Assembly (NCBI GenBank): GCA_010405405.1
Contig: MU004231.1
Coordinates: 2,247,860 to 2,311,859 of the forward strand
Direction of reading: 5' to 3'
From: Microthyrium microscopicum
Lineage: Eukaryota
Length of the DNA stretch: 64,000 nucleotides
The notes under the pieces are model-generated. The model saw only the letters and a program-made list of their open reading frames with translations, was not told the DNA's origin and did not search any database. The position numbers and the translations under genes are program-made. Numbering within the stretch: position 1 is the first letter of the stretch; every line of letters starts with the position of its first letter. Of this stretch, positions 1-11,408 are shown one piece after another.

Positions 1-367
1 AGGCCTCCATAAAGCGTGGAAGAGTCTCTATGGTGCTAAGCCGGTAGACGAAATTAGCCGATGGGATAACCTCGCCCTTCAGCTGTGCTTGTTCGATGGT
101 TTGCTGGATCTGTTCTTGGAGCTGCGAGAGCTTTGGAGCCTGTTTGGCTTGTTGGTTTTGCTTGGCTTGCCTAAGTGGCCGGAATTTGTCGACGTCTTCG
201 AGCAATTGGTCAAATAAGGTTCGCGCGCGGTCCCCACGTTGACGGGCGTCTATAATTTGTTGGTGTTTTTGGGTCAGTCGAGCCACGCGAGCTTGCTCGC
301 GCTCTTTCTCCTCTTCAGTCATTCCACCTTTCTGGCGCTGCTGGCCTGGTCGTTTGTTTTGGGCCAT
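1..367 (-). CDS. Partial orphan Gln/Arg-rich coiled-coil protein, runs off the window edge
   Basis: ATG at 367 opens a stop-free frame to base 1 (MAQNKRPGQQRQKGGMTEEEKEREQARVARLTQKHQQII...RFMEA). Not in the ORF track because there is no stop in the window. Confidence 0.55.
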   Translation of the reverse strand, partial: MAQNKRPGQQRQKGGMTEEEKEREQARVARLTQKHQQIIDARQRGDRARTLFDQLLEDVDKFRPLRQAKQNQQAKQAPKLSQLQEQIQQTIEQAQLKGEVIPSANFVYRLSTIETLPRFMEA

Positions 368-1460
368 TGTTTAAAGCACGATGTGCACTTGTTTGCGGGT
401 GATGTGTAGATTGTTTGTGGATTGACACCGGGAGATAATTGTGGATGTGGTTTGTTTGGTAAGTAATTGGTTAGGAAATGATAGGTCTGGAAATGACTTA
501 TATGCTGACGAAGGAGCAATCCGACTCCAGAACTATTTCAAAAAGTGATTGTTGGAGCTGTCACTGAGCAACGATTTGAGGTAGCATTGTTGCCTTCCTG
601 ACCTCACACCTGATATCACTTCAGATCATGGAGGTGCTGTGTAGGGCGGCTTTGATACTACCTCCTGTACAGTAAGTAGTAGTTCGAGGAGAGTAAAGAT
701 TCATCGCTGATATTAGCAGAGACCAAAATGCGATACGAATTCGTGTCATTTCTTCAAGCAATGCATTCATCTGGAATTTGCCAATTAGACTTGCAATAAG
801 CTATATATGAGAACAGCAGTCATTACATCGTTTCTACATACCGTACCGATTCACTAAAGCCGTCACATATCTTATCATCATGGTCCTACAAACGTCATCA
901 ATACGCTTCGTCAGTCAGCTCGTCTATAGCTCCATTGACTCCTGAGGGAAGTGCTTTGGGACAGCATTAGCCATCTTTTCGTGCATCTCTCGTAAAGCTC
1001 ACACGCAACATCGATAGGCTCCAGACAATCTAGAACTACTCTCTAGCGTTAGATTAGGTAGGCCGTTTGAATGGATGATCCCGTCGTCTATGACTGGTTC
1101 TCATTGACCACCCTTCATTATCGACTGTTTTGCCGATCATGCAAATCATTTGGATGCTGATAAGTTATCGAATCGGATAGTAAATATAGTATGTTTACTT
1201 TGAAAAAAGCTATGAGCAGACATCGTGGTCGATGGGAGCATCTGTGCAAATGGCTCACTTATTTTGAAGTCCAAAGGAATCATTCAAACCGCTTATGCAG
1301 GAACGAATCACTTCTAGGACACAAAATTTACACAATTAAATCAATTCCGGAACTTCAAACTAAGACAACAGAACATTCCAAGTAATCAGTACTCAAAGTA
1401 TGAGACAACGGGGCCGCTAAGCGCTGCAACACTCCAAACTACCACCACCACGCTTCTACT

Positions 1461-2027
1461 CTAAGGCTTTTGAACCTGGACCAGCACATAGTCGTTCATT
1501 ACGACCATGCCAGTCTCCTGAGCAACTTTAGAAGCGACCTCAGAAGCCTTTTTCGCAGCACGGTCATACTGCTGCCAGGCTTCGTTTTTATCCGCCTTCC
1601 ATTGGCTGACCAGGCTGTCCTTTGAGGAGTCCTCGAGATAGTCAATGTCATTTGCTGCAACCTTCTCCGCAGCATCTTGGACTTCGATCTCTAGAGCTTC
1701 TGCCTTTACTAGCAGTTTCTCTAGTTCCTCCTCCTCTAGCGGCTCCGGCTTTAGAAGAAGCTTGCGCACTTCTTGCTCCTCCAATTCCTTCTGTTTATCT
1801 TCAGCCTGACTCTTCACCTTGGTTGCTGCGGCAGCTACGATCTCTCGAGCCTGCTCGTGCGCGACTTGCCACTTCGTGTGGTACAAATCCAGGGCGGTTT
1901 TGACTTCTTCTGCTGTCTTGGGGATAGGGATTTTCGATTGTTTGATGAACAATGCTAGGCCTTTATAGCTGAACTGTTCCATGAACTGAGCATCAGTCAT
2001 GTCTTGAAGTGGTATTCTATGAAGCAT
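1461..2027 (-). CDS. Orphan helical/coiled-coil protein, paralog of 2527..3066
   Basis: Intronless ORF, first ATG at 2027 (MLHRIP...). TATATA on the - strand near 2182-2188. Shares DAAExVAAxDxxYLED...W...ET with the neighbouring gene. Confidence 0.7.
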   Translation of the reverse strand: MLHRIPLQDMTDAQFMEQFSYKGLALFIKQSKIPIPKTAEEVKTALDLYHTKWQVAHEQAREIVAAAATKVKSQAEDKQKELEEQEVRKLLLKPEPLEEEELEKLLVKAEALEIEVQDAAEKVAANDIDYLEDSSKDSLVSQWKADKNEAWQQYDRAAKKASEVASKVAQETGMVVMNDYVLVQVQKP

Positions 2028-2526
2028 TTCCTTCAATTGAGACTTCGGGGAGTCTGATAGTCTTGGAATTGTGGTTGCGGATTGCTGTTTGGGGACGGGG
2101 CTGCAGATTCAAAATCGCAAGACTGGAGCTGTTGGAAGCGTGTGTTCTGGGAGATTTGACAGTACACGAGCTCTGACGGAGTATATATGGCTTGAGCCAT
2201 AGCTGGAAGTGAATGTCGAAGCTCTGTCAGTGAAATAGGTGTCGCCTCGATTCGAATGTCTGGAGGTGAGCCACCAAGTCATTGTCTGGAAACAATGGTT
2301 TGCACTAGAAGGTGAAGCTGACAGTACTCGTCGACTCAGACAGATGAGCAGTTATGATCGAGATAAGTTGGTACATGAGAAGATCTATGCTTGGAGAATA
2401 ATCATCATTTCATGAAAGGTCAGACACATCATTTTCTCGATCTCATGAGACCTTTAGTCTACCTTGTCTATCGCATTATCAAGTTTCGCAACCCTAGGTC
2501 CTATGTCTCTTGACGTGGAGATGAGC

Positions 2527-3066
2527 CTACAATCCTGTCTTCTCGATCAATTCAAAACCCTCTGGGCCCGCAGCGGCCTCAGTCTCCTCCGTCAGGTTCG
2601 CAGACACATCAGCCGCCAACTGCTCGAAATGCTCGTACACCTGCAATGCCCGCAACTTTCCCTGCTGCCACTCCCGAACCATGTCGGGGTCAGTCGGATC
2701 CTCGAGGTACGCCACATCAGACGCAGCAACGGCCTCCGCAGCGTCGTGCCACACGCGATCCGTCATGGCCGCAATGACCTGGAGGTCCTTCTGATCCTTC
2801 GCGCGCTTGTAGTTCAGGAACGCTTTCTCTTCCTCCTCTGACTCTGAGTTCAGTTCCTCGCAGCAGTCTGCCCACCAGGCCTGATGCTTTTGGCGCAACC
2901 ATTCCAACTTCGCCTTGGCGGCATCCAGTTCTCCAGGGTAGGCAAATTGCTCTCTATGGCAGAAAGCAACCATGTTGTCACAGCCGGTGGACTTGAGGAG
3001 CTGAGCCTCTGACTGGTCCATGGGTTGTGGGTGATGTTTAATGAAAAGATGAGTAACGGATGACAT
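2527..3066 (-). CDS. Orphan helical/coiled-coil protein, paralog of 1461..2027
   Basis: 179-aa ATG-initiated ORF, TATAAA on the - strand near 3213-3218, alignable by eye to the neighbouring protein. Confidence 0.75.
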   Translation of the reverse strand: MSSVTHLFIKHHPQPMDQSEAQLLKSTGCDNMVAFCHREQFAYPGELDAAKAKLEWLRQKHQAWWADCCEELNSESEEEEKAFLNYKRAKDQKDLQVIAAMTDRVWHDAAEAVAASDVAYLEDPTDPDMVREWQQGKLRALQVYEHFEQLAADVSANLTEETEAAAGPEGFELIEKTGL

Positions 3067-4375
3067 CTTGTGTGTCGTTGAGATTGGTGTTCTTGTTGGA
3101 TTTGAGGATGTTTTGATCTGGAGCTTGCTTTTGGGGGTTGGCTCTTTGTTGGTGGTGATTATGATGAGCGGATGGTAAGTTTGGGAGTTTGAAAGAGCTC
3201 GAGTAGAACTTGTTTATAAGGAAAAGAATTCGATGGTTAAGTGAACGGTTAACAGCGAAAGAGTGACTGCTGAATTATCCCCGCAAGGTAGCCATAGATT
3301 CTCTCAGCTAGGCATGCAACTTTAGCAGCATCTTTAGTCACTTCTTTGTCGATAGTAGATGGTAGTCACCCTCATAAGAAGACTCCACCTGCAACATAAT
3401 AGGTAACTAAGCGCCTTCAGGTCAGTCGACTTAGCAAACTGTTATCAAACACAAAGTGACGGTTTTATGGTTTTCAACTTATAACTGGGATAGGGTAGAA
3501 ACTCCTGTTTCGATCTCTAACCACCTGCCTCCTAACAGGCGGGATATCACCTTATGATTCTGATGTGACTAGGTAGGTACATATTCCCCAGGTGATTAGA
3601 GGTGCTCTACATCAACTAGTTGGAGATATGGGAACATGTTGAGCTGGGTCTATGCTCAGACAATTCTGTCCTTGATAGGAGGAGACTGAAATGCGGGCTA
3701 ATAAGAGCAAGGCGAGTCTGGGATCTGTTTAACGCTTTGTTGATCGATAATCTGGGAGAGGAGGGTGAGCAGCATCATCAACCATGAACTTCTGTAAAGA
3801 GTTCGCATTTTTTCCATGGAATGGGGCGAGAGCCTTGTAAATCTAACCTAGAATTCTTTTTGAGGCGAATCGCTGTAGGTTTCACGCACAGGAGGTATTG
3901 TCTTCCCCAATCTCCCAATCGAAGGAAACAAGACAAGAGCAAAGGAAATGCTCCGAGAGGATGACTGCTGATTCTAAGGACAGAATTACAAGCTGCTCTT
4001 TGGCCTGTGCTGTTTTTCTCATGCATAAGATGTTCTAAAGCAGAAACTTCATACTTTATATTAAGACACCGAAGGCGAACCACCATATATCAACAACAAT
4101 TAGAAGCAGAGCAAACCCCCCACGAGAGCAGCACGGTAGGTCCAAACAAGTCATATTTCATCATATGGATATAAAAGAGGGCACAGATAACATAGTAGCG
4201 TACGTCAAGCAGATAGTGCAATCATTCGTTCATAAGCCATAAATAGTCGTTCTAACCAGATTCATCCTGGCAGGTAATATAAGCACAATATACAATGGTA
4301 TTTCTATAATTATAAAAGCTTCCTCTTTTCCTTCTGTTTATCCATCTCTTTCAAACACCAACAGACGCCAGCAAA

Positions 4376-5017
4376 ATGCTTTTCAATACTCTTCTCACTT
4401 CTTCTGCCATCCTGCTCGCCGTTTCGGCGGAGAGCAGCTCCAGTTCCAAGACGAAACACACCACACAGTTATCATTTTATATCCCTGGTCTCGACCCTCA
4501 AGCGCTGGTTGGAAGCGTCTTGGCTGCTGACTCCACAGCAACAACCATCAATGTCGCATGCCCAACTGGAGTCGATAGCTCAGCCTGCGGCCTTGGAGGT
4601 GCCACTGCTGTTCTTACCAAAATGCTTCCAGCCAACCCAACAGGAAAGACAACATATGCAGGCTCATTCACGTTGGACAAGCCAGCAATGACCAGCATCT
4701 TCGCCTGTCGACTACGCGAAACGGGCTCGGCAAAGTGCGACAGAACTCGAATTACTGCAGGTGCTACTGCTGCGGAAACAGGTCTTCCACAGGCGAGCCC
4801 ATCTCTCGAGACCATCACTGTTACTGGAGGACTAAAGAAACTACGGGCTGCTGCATCCGGTACTGAAGCTGGAAGTGCAACGCCCTCGGCCGGAAAGAAA
4901 GACGCTGCATCAAGCTCCGCTGCAAGCAGTACAGGAAAATCGAATGCCAAACCTACCGCAGCTCCAGGCGGCGTCTTGGTTGCAGGATTGATTGGCGTTG
5001 CTGCCCTAGCTCTTTGA
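4376..5017 (+). CDS. Secreted Ser/Thr-rich, probably GPI-anchored cell-surface protein
   Basis: Signal-peptide-like N-terminus, LVGSV...DSTATT..VAC block, four Cys, Ser/Ala-rich stalk, hydrophobic C-terminus (GGVLVAGLIGVAALAL), upstream TATAAAA near 4311. Confidence 0.85.
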   Translation: MLFNTLLTSSAILLAVSAESSSSSKTKHTTQLSFYIPGLDPQALVGSVLAADSTATTINVACPTGVDSSACGLGGATAVLTKMLPANPTGKTTYAGSFTLDKPAMTSIFACRLRETGSAKCDRTRITAGATAAETGLPQASPSLETITVTGGLKKLRAAASGTEAGSATPSAGKKDAASSSAASSTGKSNAKPTAAPGGVLVAGLIGVAALAL

Positions 5018-5175
5018 AGAGTTGAAAAGTACCTCATCAATCTACAAAGTTTGAAATTTGAAAATTCGTGTTTGTGGAAGGATATAGCTCAGCTACGATC
5101 TATGGAGCCTGCGCGTCCACTGTCTGGAACATGCTGTATGTAACAATTTGGTACTTTGCTATCGGCCGGCTTAGA

Positions 5176-6486
5176 TCAATCGCCTCCGGCTACTCTAATC
5201 AATATCTTGACCTGGTTTGCTTTGTCTTCCACCAAAAGCCTAAATCCCTCATCAACCTCGCTCATTTCAATTTTCTTTGTTATCATGTCCTTGGCGTTCG
5301 CAATCTATAGTTGTCAGTATTGAACCTTTTCCAGGAAATGCTTTCTTAACAGTTAGATATTGACAGAGAAAACAGGTAGCCACCTAGCTGTCTAGGTGGG
5401 CCAGTCATCTACACCAATCTCGAACTATCATCATGTCAAATTCTTACCTTTCCGTTTCCCAAGGCGTCCAATACTTGCTGAAAGTCGCCTTGGACGTAGA
5501 TCGCTGAGCCTTTATATGTGATCTCTTTGTATATCATGGTATTTACTGCCACTGTAGGGCTCTTTCCCCACAAAGCGATGTTGACGATGGTCGCTCTTAC
5601 TCGACATGCCTCGATTGCAGTATCTAGCCCTGACTGAACACCAGCGGCATCAATGACAACATGAACTCCTTCATTATCACAAATTTGACGGCAGCGAGCA
5701 GCCACGTCGTCTTCAGTTGGATCTAGCACATGCGTTGCACCGAATTGTGTGGCGAGCTTCTTGCGGCCAGCGGCCACTTCGGAGACAATGATATTCGATA
5801 TTCCTTTGGCTTTGAGACAAAGAAGAACCGCAATGCCGATTGGCCCACCACCCAAAATGAGAACTGAATCTGAAGGTCTAACATTAGCAACATCAGTCGA
5901 GTGCCACGCGACAGCCAGAGGTTCAACCATTGCTGAGCATTGTTAGCTCAAGGATTTACTGAAAAGCAAGAACTGACCTCCGACGTCCAAGGAAACGTTG
6001 TCTGGTAGGCGAAACAGAAATGATTCCTTGACCACAATGAATTCCGCCAGACCTCCAGCTGAAGATGTCCCGATGAAGCCCATGTTATAGCAGCAGTTAA
6101 TTTGAGCCTGTTTACAAGCACCACACGTCCCATCATATATTACTGGTTGCACAACCACTCGATCTCCAGGTTTATAGGAGGTAACTGCGCTACCGACTTC
6201 GTACACCACCCCGCTGAATTCATGGCCAAGGGTCAAAGGAAGCTGCTCTCCTGTGACTCGATGCGAGGTGGAAGGAATTACGATGGGACCATCTTCATAT
6301 TCGTGCAAATCTGTTCCACAAATTCCTACATATGCTGGTTTGATCTGAAGTGAGGCTATTAGTAAAGTTCTTGAACATTTCTTTCGGTCCAACACTATGC
6401 ACCTTGATGTCGTCACTCTTCAGTTCTGGAATTGGTATTTCATCAAGGCGAAGATCCTTGCGACCATGGAAGCGGATTGCTTTCAT
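5176..6486 (-). CDS. Zinc-dependent medium-chain dehydrogenase (2,3-butanediol/sorbitol dehydrogenase-like), 4 exons
   Basis: MKAIRFHG start, GICGTDLH and GHEFSG catalytic-zinc motifs, GGGPIG NAD-binding motif. The last exon (IANAKDMITKKI...QVKILIRVAGGD*) was found by hand at 5304..5176. Three GT-AG introns. Confidence 0.92.
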
Positions 6487-7069
6487 GCTGACGGTTAATA
6501 TTGCTGCTTGACTTGTGTTTGAGGATGTGTATCCAATACTCCATTGAACGATCCTCTGCGAGATGCTTCGCAAAAACGGTTTTTTTTCTGGAAAAGTTCT
6601 TCCGTATCTTGCTTTACATTAAATTTTTGGAGCATGTGAACCCACCTAAGACGAAGCATTCAACAGTACCCGAATGATAGATTATTTCATATGATGGAAG
6701 AGCTAGTTGTTCATCATTCTTTTGGTGACGACTGCTCTTTGTTACAACATCAAAGCGATTGAAATTTTGCGCTTGAGTTAAACAAGAAAGTGTGGTAACG
6801 GAAGCACTCGTGTGGAGCCAGAGCCTCTCATCTGATTGTGTAGGTACCTACTCAATGCCGTTTCTTATCTTCGAAGTGGGCTGCATATCAAGGTACGCAT
6901 GCCTTAGTTCGCTTCTTGAATTATATTCAATAAGAGCCTTCAACATTAATAACAGTCCAAGATCGATATAGGTTCGGAGCACGGCAGAAAATTCCTGCTA
7001 AACGCACTAGGTTCAACATCCGAATTGCCAAAAAACGATATCTGATTCCAGCATTGTGCGCCATTATTA

Positions 7070-8041
7070 TCACGATATCATTTCCTGCCGTGGTGGGTTA
7101 GCTTCCAGCTCTGCTTGAGGGGCCTCTCGAGGCGCTTGCTCCGCGACGTACGGCATTACCGTCGGCTTTTCATAAGGATACGCTGTTTGAAGTTGAGGTT
7201 GTGTATTGGTCCGTTTCTTCCGCAACAGAATAGCAATAGAAGCCAAAGCGATGAGCAACGGGACACCAAGGCCAACTCCGACTCCTATAGCCGTTGTCTT
7301 ATTTTCAGGAGTACTGGCGCAACTTGGGGCGTTCGGCGCTGAGGATGTGCTGCTCGAGTCCGCGCTGCAATTTGCTGCATTCGAGGGAACAGCACCCACG
7401 TATGGTGATTGTGAGTAAGGATAGACTGTGCCGTCCTTTACCCAATAGCCTTGCTGATTGTCGCAGCATGAAGTTGTATTGTATCCACAGCAATAGCTTC
7501 CATCAGTGCAAAGTGTTACCAATGTATCTGTCGTACTGAGGTCGGTTTGCGTTCCGTCTGGTTGATTTACTGTGCATGATTAGCCTCGCACTCTGCATAG
7601 GAGGTATAGTACAGCGAAATACGTACATATCCCTGAAGAGCAAAGCTGCAAACAATGCGGGTCTTTCCAAGTTGGGTCCGTACAGCTCTCGCGATATACG
7701 TTGCCAATAGCGCGGCCTTTTTCCATGCATAAATCATCAGGGCGACATTTGTTGTATGCTGGATCGGATACTGCGCGGCCTATAGCGCAGCACATGCTGA
7801 CACGACCTTGGTGGCATGGTTGATAATCGGTGTTTGCGCTAGATCCATCGGGATGGTCTTAAACATTGTCAGTCCAAGGGTGTCGGAATACTGGATCCTC
7901 AGAGTTGAGAATGAGGTAACAAAAACGGCGAGAGGGGTAGACGTTGATCTTGGTAAGGGGGATAATAGACTTACAGCATCGATCCACAGCAATACATTCA
8001 GAAGCAAACGCGATTGCGATCAGCGCGTAACGCAAAGCCAT
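7070..8041 (-). CDS. Type I membrane protein with Cys-rich ectodomain (Mid2-like cell-surface sensor), 3 exons
   Basis: Spliced product: signal peptide MALRYALIAIAFASECIA, then CYHPDG...QPC...SMCCA...CTDPTW...C, VTLCTDGSYCCG...CC, a Ser-rich linker, TM AIGVGVGLGVPLLIALASIAILL followed by RKKR, and an ELEA tail. Confidence 0.85.
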
Positions 8042-9049
8042 TACTTGGAGGGAAAGAATGAGAAGATAGCATAGAAGAGATATCTGCGGCTATGAAAATG
8101 GGAAGCTTGATTTGTTTTCTCAACTACACGTTGTACGATTGTTCATTTTACATGTAGGATCAATCAAGATTAAGGAGGCTTATGGCTTGCGCCTTGTAGA
8201 TGCTGCATCGCTCATTCGCTCAATTGTAGAAGTTTCACAGAAGCGCCACCAACACCAGCGCCTTTCGGCAACTTCCATTGGCGATTCAGCTTCTGCAGTA
8301 CAGGCTCTATAAGCAGTCGTTCTACAAGCCTAGAGTACCTTTGATAAGCCGAACAACCTGCATCTCAACTCGCTATACTCATGCCCCTTCCCTAGTTCGT
8401 CGCTCAATAACATACTTAACTGTACCAACGTGAATGCGCTTGAAGTTGATATTGATGTTGATCGTCTTGTTGATCTATAAATGAACTTTGGCATCAACCC
8501 CTACCTGTTATGCCTGGATCAAACTCCTTGGCATAAGGCAGTAATCCAATGACATTGATACCATTCTGTTGTTATCTTCACTCTGACATTCTTACCCGCG
8601 GCTTTTTATTGCTACACAGAGGCCCGATTTGCTATTGGGATGGCCGCGGTAGGTGTTCCACCTTCTGCTGAAGGATTTCGGACTCTTCTTGCACTCGTCA
8701 GCGATCAGGGAGGAGATTGGGCCACATCCCTCCGATATCGACATATGTATCATCTTAAATTGTAGGATATGAGTACGCAAACGTCACTGCAGCCCGAGAT
8801 GGTCCAGTCATATGCGCACCGTACCTGGGTTGCCTGGCAAGTCAACTGGTCGGCAAACTTATAGTACTCTCCCACCCGTGGTGATGGCTATTACCGTTCT
8901 CGATGAATATTTACTGATATCTTTGTCTTAATCGAGAATTTTGCGATTGTCTGCGCACTCGACGGCAAGTACAATATTCGATAACAAAGCGTAATACATG
9001 ATAGACGTGCCACTTAATGGGAACATGCTATTCATTTTGTTGATGTTGT

Positions 9050-9940
9050 CATAGAATGGTAGCTGTTGTTGATGAGCCGGGCCTGCTCCGCAGTGAACTT
9101 CTGAGTTATGTTTTATGGACTATCAGTGTTTGAACGCCCAGGAACATTCCACATAGTACCGCGCAACTATATTGCATACTTCCAGCTCTGCATCTTCTGC
9201 GGAAAGTAGAATGCTTCTAGTTGGTCCCCAAACTGTAAAGATCAGCATTTGCTCTAGCTTTACAGATATATTGCTTACCACCATCGCACCCGATCACTGT
9301 ATCTCCTGACACACTTGAGCCATCTTCAACGTAGACTTTTATCTGCTGACCGTCGTTCGCAGTGTCAACCTTTGTCAAGCTCTTGCAATCCTAATGAAGT
9401 GGTCAGCATTTGAGAATGAAAAAGACCGCAGAAATGTAAGTAATCCTGAACATCAAGTCCACGACTGAAGAGCTCTCTCAATTTCCTTCGGACAACTCGG
9501 CGCGTACTATGCACTTTTTGAGTCGTCACAACATCTCCTTTTTTGCCATTGATGCAGTCAATTTCAGTTTCTTGTTTCGCTGTCCTTTCAAAATATGTGG
9601 TTATCTGCGTCGATGACAGCTGATCAACTAGGTCGGCTGGTAATCAACGGGGAATGAACTCCGAGCCCCAGTAAAGGGACATTTTCCAATCCCTTGGGCG
9701 TTTCTTGTAGGTAGATTCATCTTCGCGTTCGAAAATTGAGAAAGAAATGTTGGTCTGCTTTAATGAGTCGCTCTTCGATCATGTATCGAAATCATTGTGA
9801 CGGACCCGCTTTAGCCCTTGAGCAATAAGCAGTCCAGTCGTGCCTGAGCGTATCAGGTCATGAATTATACTGCTTAGCACTTATATCCATTGACTGACCT
9901 GCTCCTATAATGATGACGTGAAACCGGCGCCGGTGGACAT
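9050..9940 (-). pseudogene. Decayed FAD-dependent monooxygenase
   Basis: Fragments in order: FHVIIIGA(G), out of frame with the ATG at 9940; SIFERE...RPRDW..SLYWG...R*LPADL with TGA at 9644-9646; RRVVRRKLRELFSRGLDVQ; EDGSSVSGDTVIGCDG; KFTAEQARL. No GDAAH-type C-terminal motif found. Confidence 0.8.
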
Positions 9941-11408
9941 TTTGTACAGGTCAGGGGCTTGACTCCTCGTTGAAAGCTCCTCTGTGTTCTATATTCTTGA
10001 TTTGATTGATTCAAGGGCTGATGCAATCGAGGAATATTCATTCAGATTTCCAAACAATCATAAGCAAGCGATGTTGGTGAGATGAGGTCATGAGGTCCCA
10101 AAAGGACCATTTCTGGTGCAGATGCGTAGCGCCTTTTGAGCTTTTCATGGTCCCAAATCTAAATCTTTCGCCGAGTACTATTGATATTCTTACTATGTAC
10201 CTGAATAGTACGACCAGAACTCAACGCAGCTTTCCCCGTCACGTATAGCGAAATATTCGATACATAGGGGTAGTGGTAAGGAGTAGTAGGTATAAGGCTG
10301 AACCAAAAATCTCAATAAGGCTGAAGACGCAGCCACCACATTATCTTTAGGAAGCCCCTTTTTGTCAACTCCACCCCTAACCATCACCAACCACACTTTC
10401 TAACTTGTTCAACACATCCATCCAAAGCGTGACTTGATTCTCCTCCAGGGAATTCGTTTCGTTTCGTTGGCCGGAAAAGTCCTCCAATACTTCTTCCTTT
10501 TTAAACGTGATGCACCATTATGGGAAAATCGTGACCCCTGAAGAGCTTACACGAAATTGATCTGCAAGAGATGCATGCGTTTTGAGGATGCCTGGAGAAT
10601 GATGCTGATTCCCTGTCTGAATGGTTGATTTTGCCTGATCGGGTCATAATGCACCATCCAAATCAAGATATCGTACATACCACACCGCCTGTCAAGGTTA
10701 CAAAGTTGATTATTGAGGCACGCAGGCAGACACAAATACGACCAGATGACATTATTTGCTTTAGTTCTCCATTTTAATTGAATCAATCGCGATTCAGGCA
10801 CGACAAAGAGCAGCTAGCTTTATCATCACTTTGTATCTTCAGGTGGGTGGAAGAGTAGCATTGATCAAATGTAAAATCTGTAAGTCACCAAGGACTAAAA
10901 CTTGAAGCTAACTCGCGATACAGATCCCAACTTACTAAATCGTTGTATGGCCTATTTAGAAGAAAGGTGTGATCCGAATTGACCCGATAACGGTTAGCTA
11001 GAGGATTCAACAAGTGACCAGGTACGTGATATTGTGCCTCAAGTTGACATCAACTTGGATGGAATTTTTCATCTGACGTATATTATCCTACTACCTAATT
11101 TAGGCAGCCCCATTGCCATTGGAGTCATTCGATTGATGGTGCTAAGATATTGGAAATCGTTCCTCAAGATGTCTTGAGCTTGGTGGTATCCACGATGCTT
11201 GCCGATTGAGCTGCATAGTACTCCGCATCTAGGATTTGAATCCTACCGGACGGAATATCATGGGAGCCTAAATATGCCAAGATCGGTTCTTATTGCTCGC
11301 ATTGTAAACAATAAATGCTTCAATATCCTGAGGGTATACAAAGAATAGCCATTACGCTACTTGCATCTTGATCTCGTGTTATAGGCCCTAGTACTGAAAT
11401 CAGTCACA

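Noticed and set aside
5390..5409. 8-bp inverted repeat CCACCTAG/CTAGGTGG in the dehydrogenase intron region (about 5380-5399)
   Set aside because: Short enough to arise by chance in 64 kb; no TSD or other support.
11230..11245. TAGGATTTGAATCCTA hairpin resembling a tRNA T-arm
   Set aside because: No acceptor, D or anticodon stems can be built around it, and it lacks GTTC.
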